Origin: Pavona decussata | Lineage: Eukaryota | Direction of reading: 5' to 3' | DNA: 64,000 bases | Assembly (NCBI GenBank): GCA_977016875.1 | Contig: CDRNST010000090.1 | Span: 558,001 to 622,000, forward strand | Shown here: positions 63,016-64,000 of the stretch, piece by piece | Numbering within the stretch: position 1 is the first letter of the stretch | Layout: every line of letters begins with the position of its first letter | Notes under the pieces: model-generated | Databases searched by the model: none | What the model was told of the DNA's origin: nothing | The model's input: only the letters and a program-made list of their open reading frames with translations | Position numbers and translations under genes: made by a program

Positions 63016-64000
63016 TCATGCACCTGATAATGATACTGACACAAGTTTGTGGTACAGTTCCAAGGCTTCTCTCCAGTGTGTAGGCTTTTTAAGGTCAAGA
63101 GAATCCATGGCATATTCGAAGTATTCAAAGTGTTCATTAGCTTCTTCCTTCTCGATTAGGTGGTTTTCGACATAACTAATTTTATCGTCAGGCACAGGGA
63201 GTAGCAAATCGGGCTTCCCACCTCTTCCTTCCGGCAAATAGTACAGCACATCTGGAACTCCAGGAGTAGTGTCATTTCCAGATTTCCTTATTCGATGTGT
63301 ATTCCAATGTTCTTTTACGGCGTCCAAGTCTTCCTGCAACAGTTCTGCAAAGCAGAACCAAAGACAATCCTTCTGCAAAGAATCACCTGTGTTAAGATCC
63401 CCTGCTTCAACGAGATCCTTAAATAGATTTATCCACCAACTTGATCTGTTTCTTCGGTACTGTGACCAATAGCCCTCGATCCTTTGGTTTCTTGGGGAGG
63501 CAACGTATTTGTGGGCATTTTCATCGTCACGAAAAAAAGCTTGCATGGAAGCCATGATCTTGTTCTCCGTACCCAAATCAGTGACTAGTTCACATGGGCA
63601 CCCACCACAAGTCTTAACTGCATCCAAAAAGTAAGATCAAATGTTGTCGGGATAATTATTTGATCGATTAACTACCAGCGATAACAATTTTCTACTCCAG
63701 CCGTCAATACAACCATGAACCGGAAAACCATAGGGTTTAAGTTTGTCATATCCATCGGCGTGCCAAACGGCATTTGGACCTGGGTTATGATACTGACGTC
63801 TTTTCAATTTATGTCTTTTTCTCATTTGGCAGCCGTCTGGATCCAATTCCCGAAGTAAGAGCTCCACCACTTGTCGTGGAACTTGATATCCCTTTAACTG
63901 GAGGCTATGCCATACATGCCTGTAACCCGCAATACAATCAGGACCATCTAACATGCCTTCAATTTCGAGAATTATGGTGTCAACATCATATTCGGGGTTT
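63016..64000 (-). pseudogene. IS3/IS481-like integrase-fold DDE transposase, 5' end outside window; in-frame TGA at 63639-63637
   Basis: GYRHVW..LLRELDPDG..RRQYHNPGPNAVWHADGYDKLKPYGFPVHGCIDGWSR..DNI*SYFLDAV..TDLGTEN..NQRIEGYW..WNTHRIR. Confidence 0.88.

Larger units (their letters stand above)
58613..64000. mobile_element. IS3EU-like DNA transposon carrying a HECT ligase gene and a convergent integrase-fold transposase; extends past window end
   Basis: TACGGTGGCCC terminus, subterminal 20-bp tandem array, two convergent genes. Confidence 0.72.

Overview
Eukaryotic, AT-rich genomic DNA with spliceosomal introns. The gene and repeat content looks like an anthozoan, probably a stony coral (inference). 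Left part, 1-36 kb: the 5' exons of a minus-strand short-chain collagen C4-like gene, and a divergently oriented polycystin-1 family gene. For the latter I can join 14 exons with GT-AG sites and consistent phases into about 3,876 aa (LamG-like, about 14 PKD domains, REJ, GAIN/GPS, PLAT, 11 TM); its start exon is unresolved. Its introns hold MITEs, LINE 3' ends, a palindromic tRNA-derived element with a 12-bp TSD, and a 145-N gap. Right part, 38-64 kb: a dense nest of DNA transposons. These are a decayed CMC/Transib-RAG1-type transposase, a Crypton-like hairpin element, a complete 5,018-bp ISL2EU element (THAP-DDE transposase plus SAP-SWIM-YqaJ nuclease), an apparently intact 4-exon Sola3-like transposase, and an IS3EU-like element running off the window end. 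The last carries a HECT E3 ubiquitin ligase gene convergent with its integrase-fold transposase and is the most notable system here. All family assignments come from motif recognition, not database searches.
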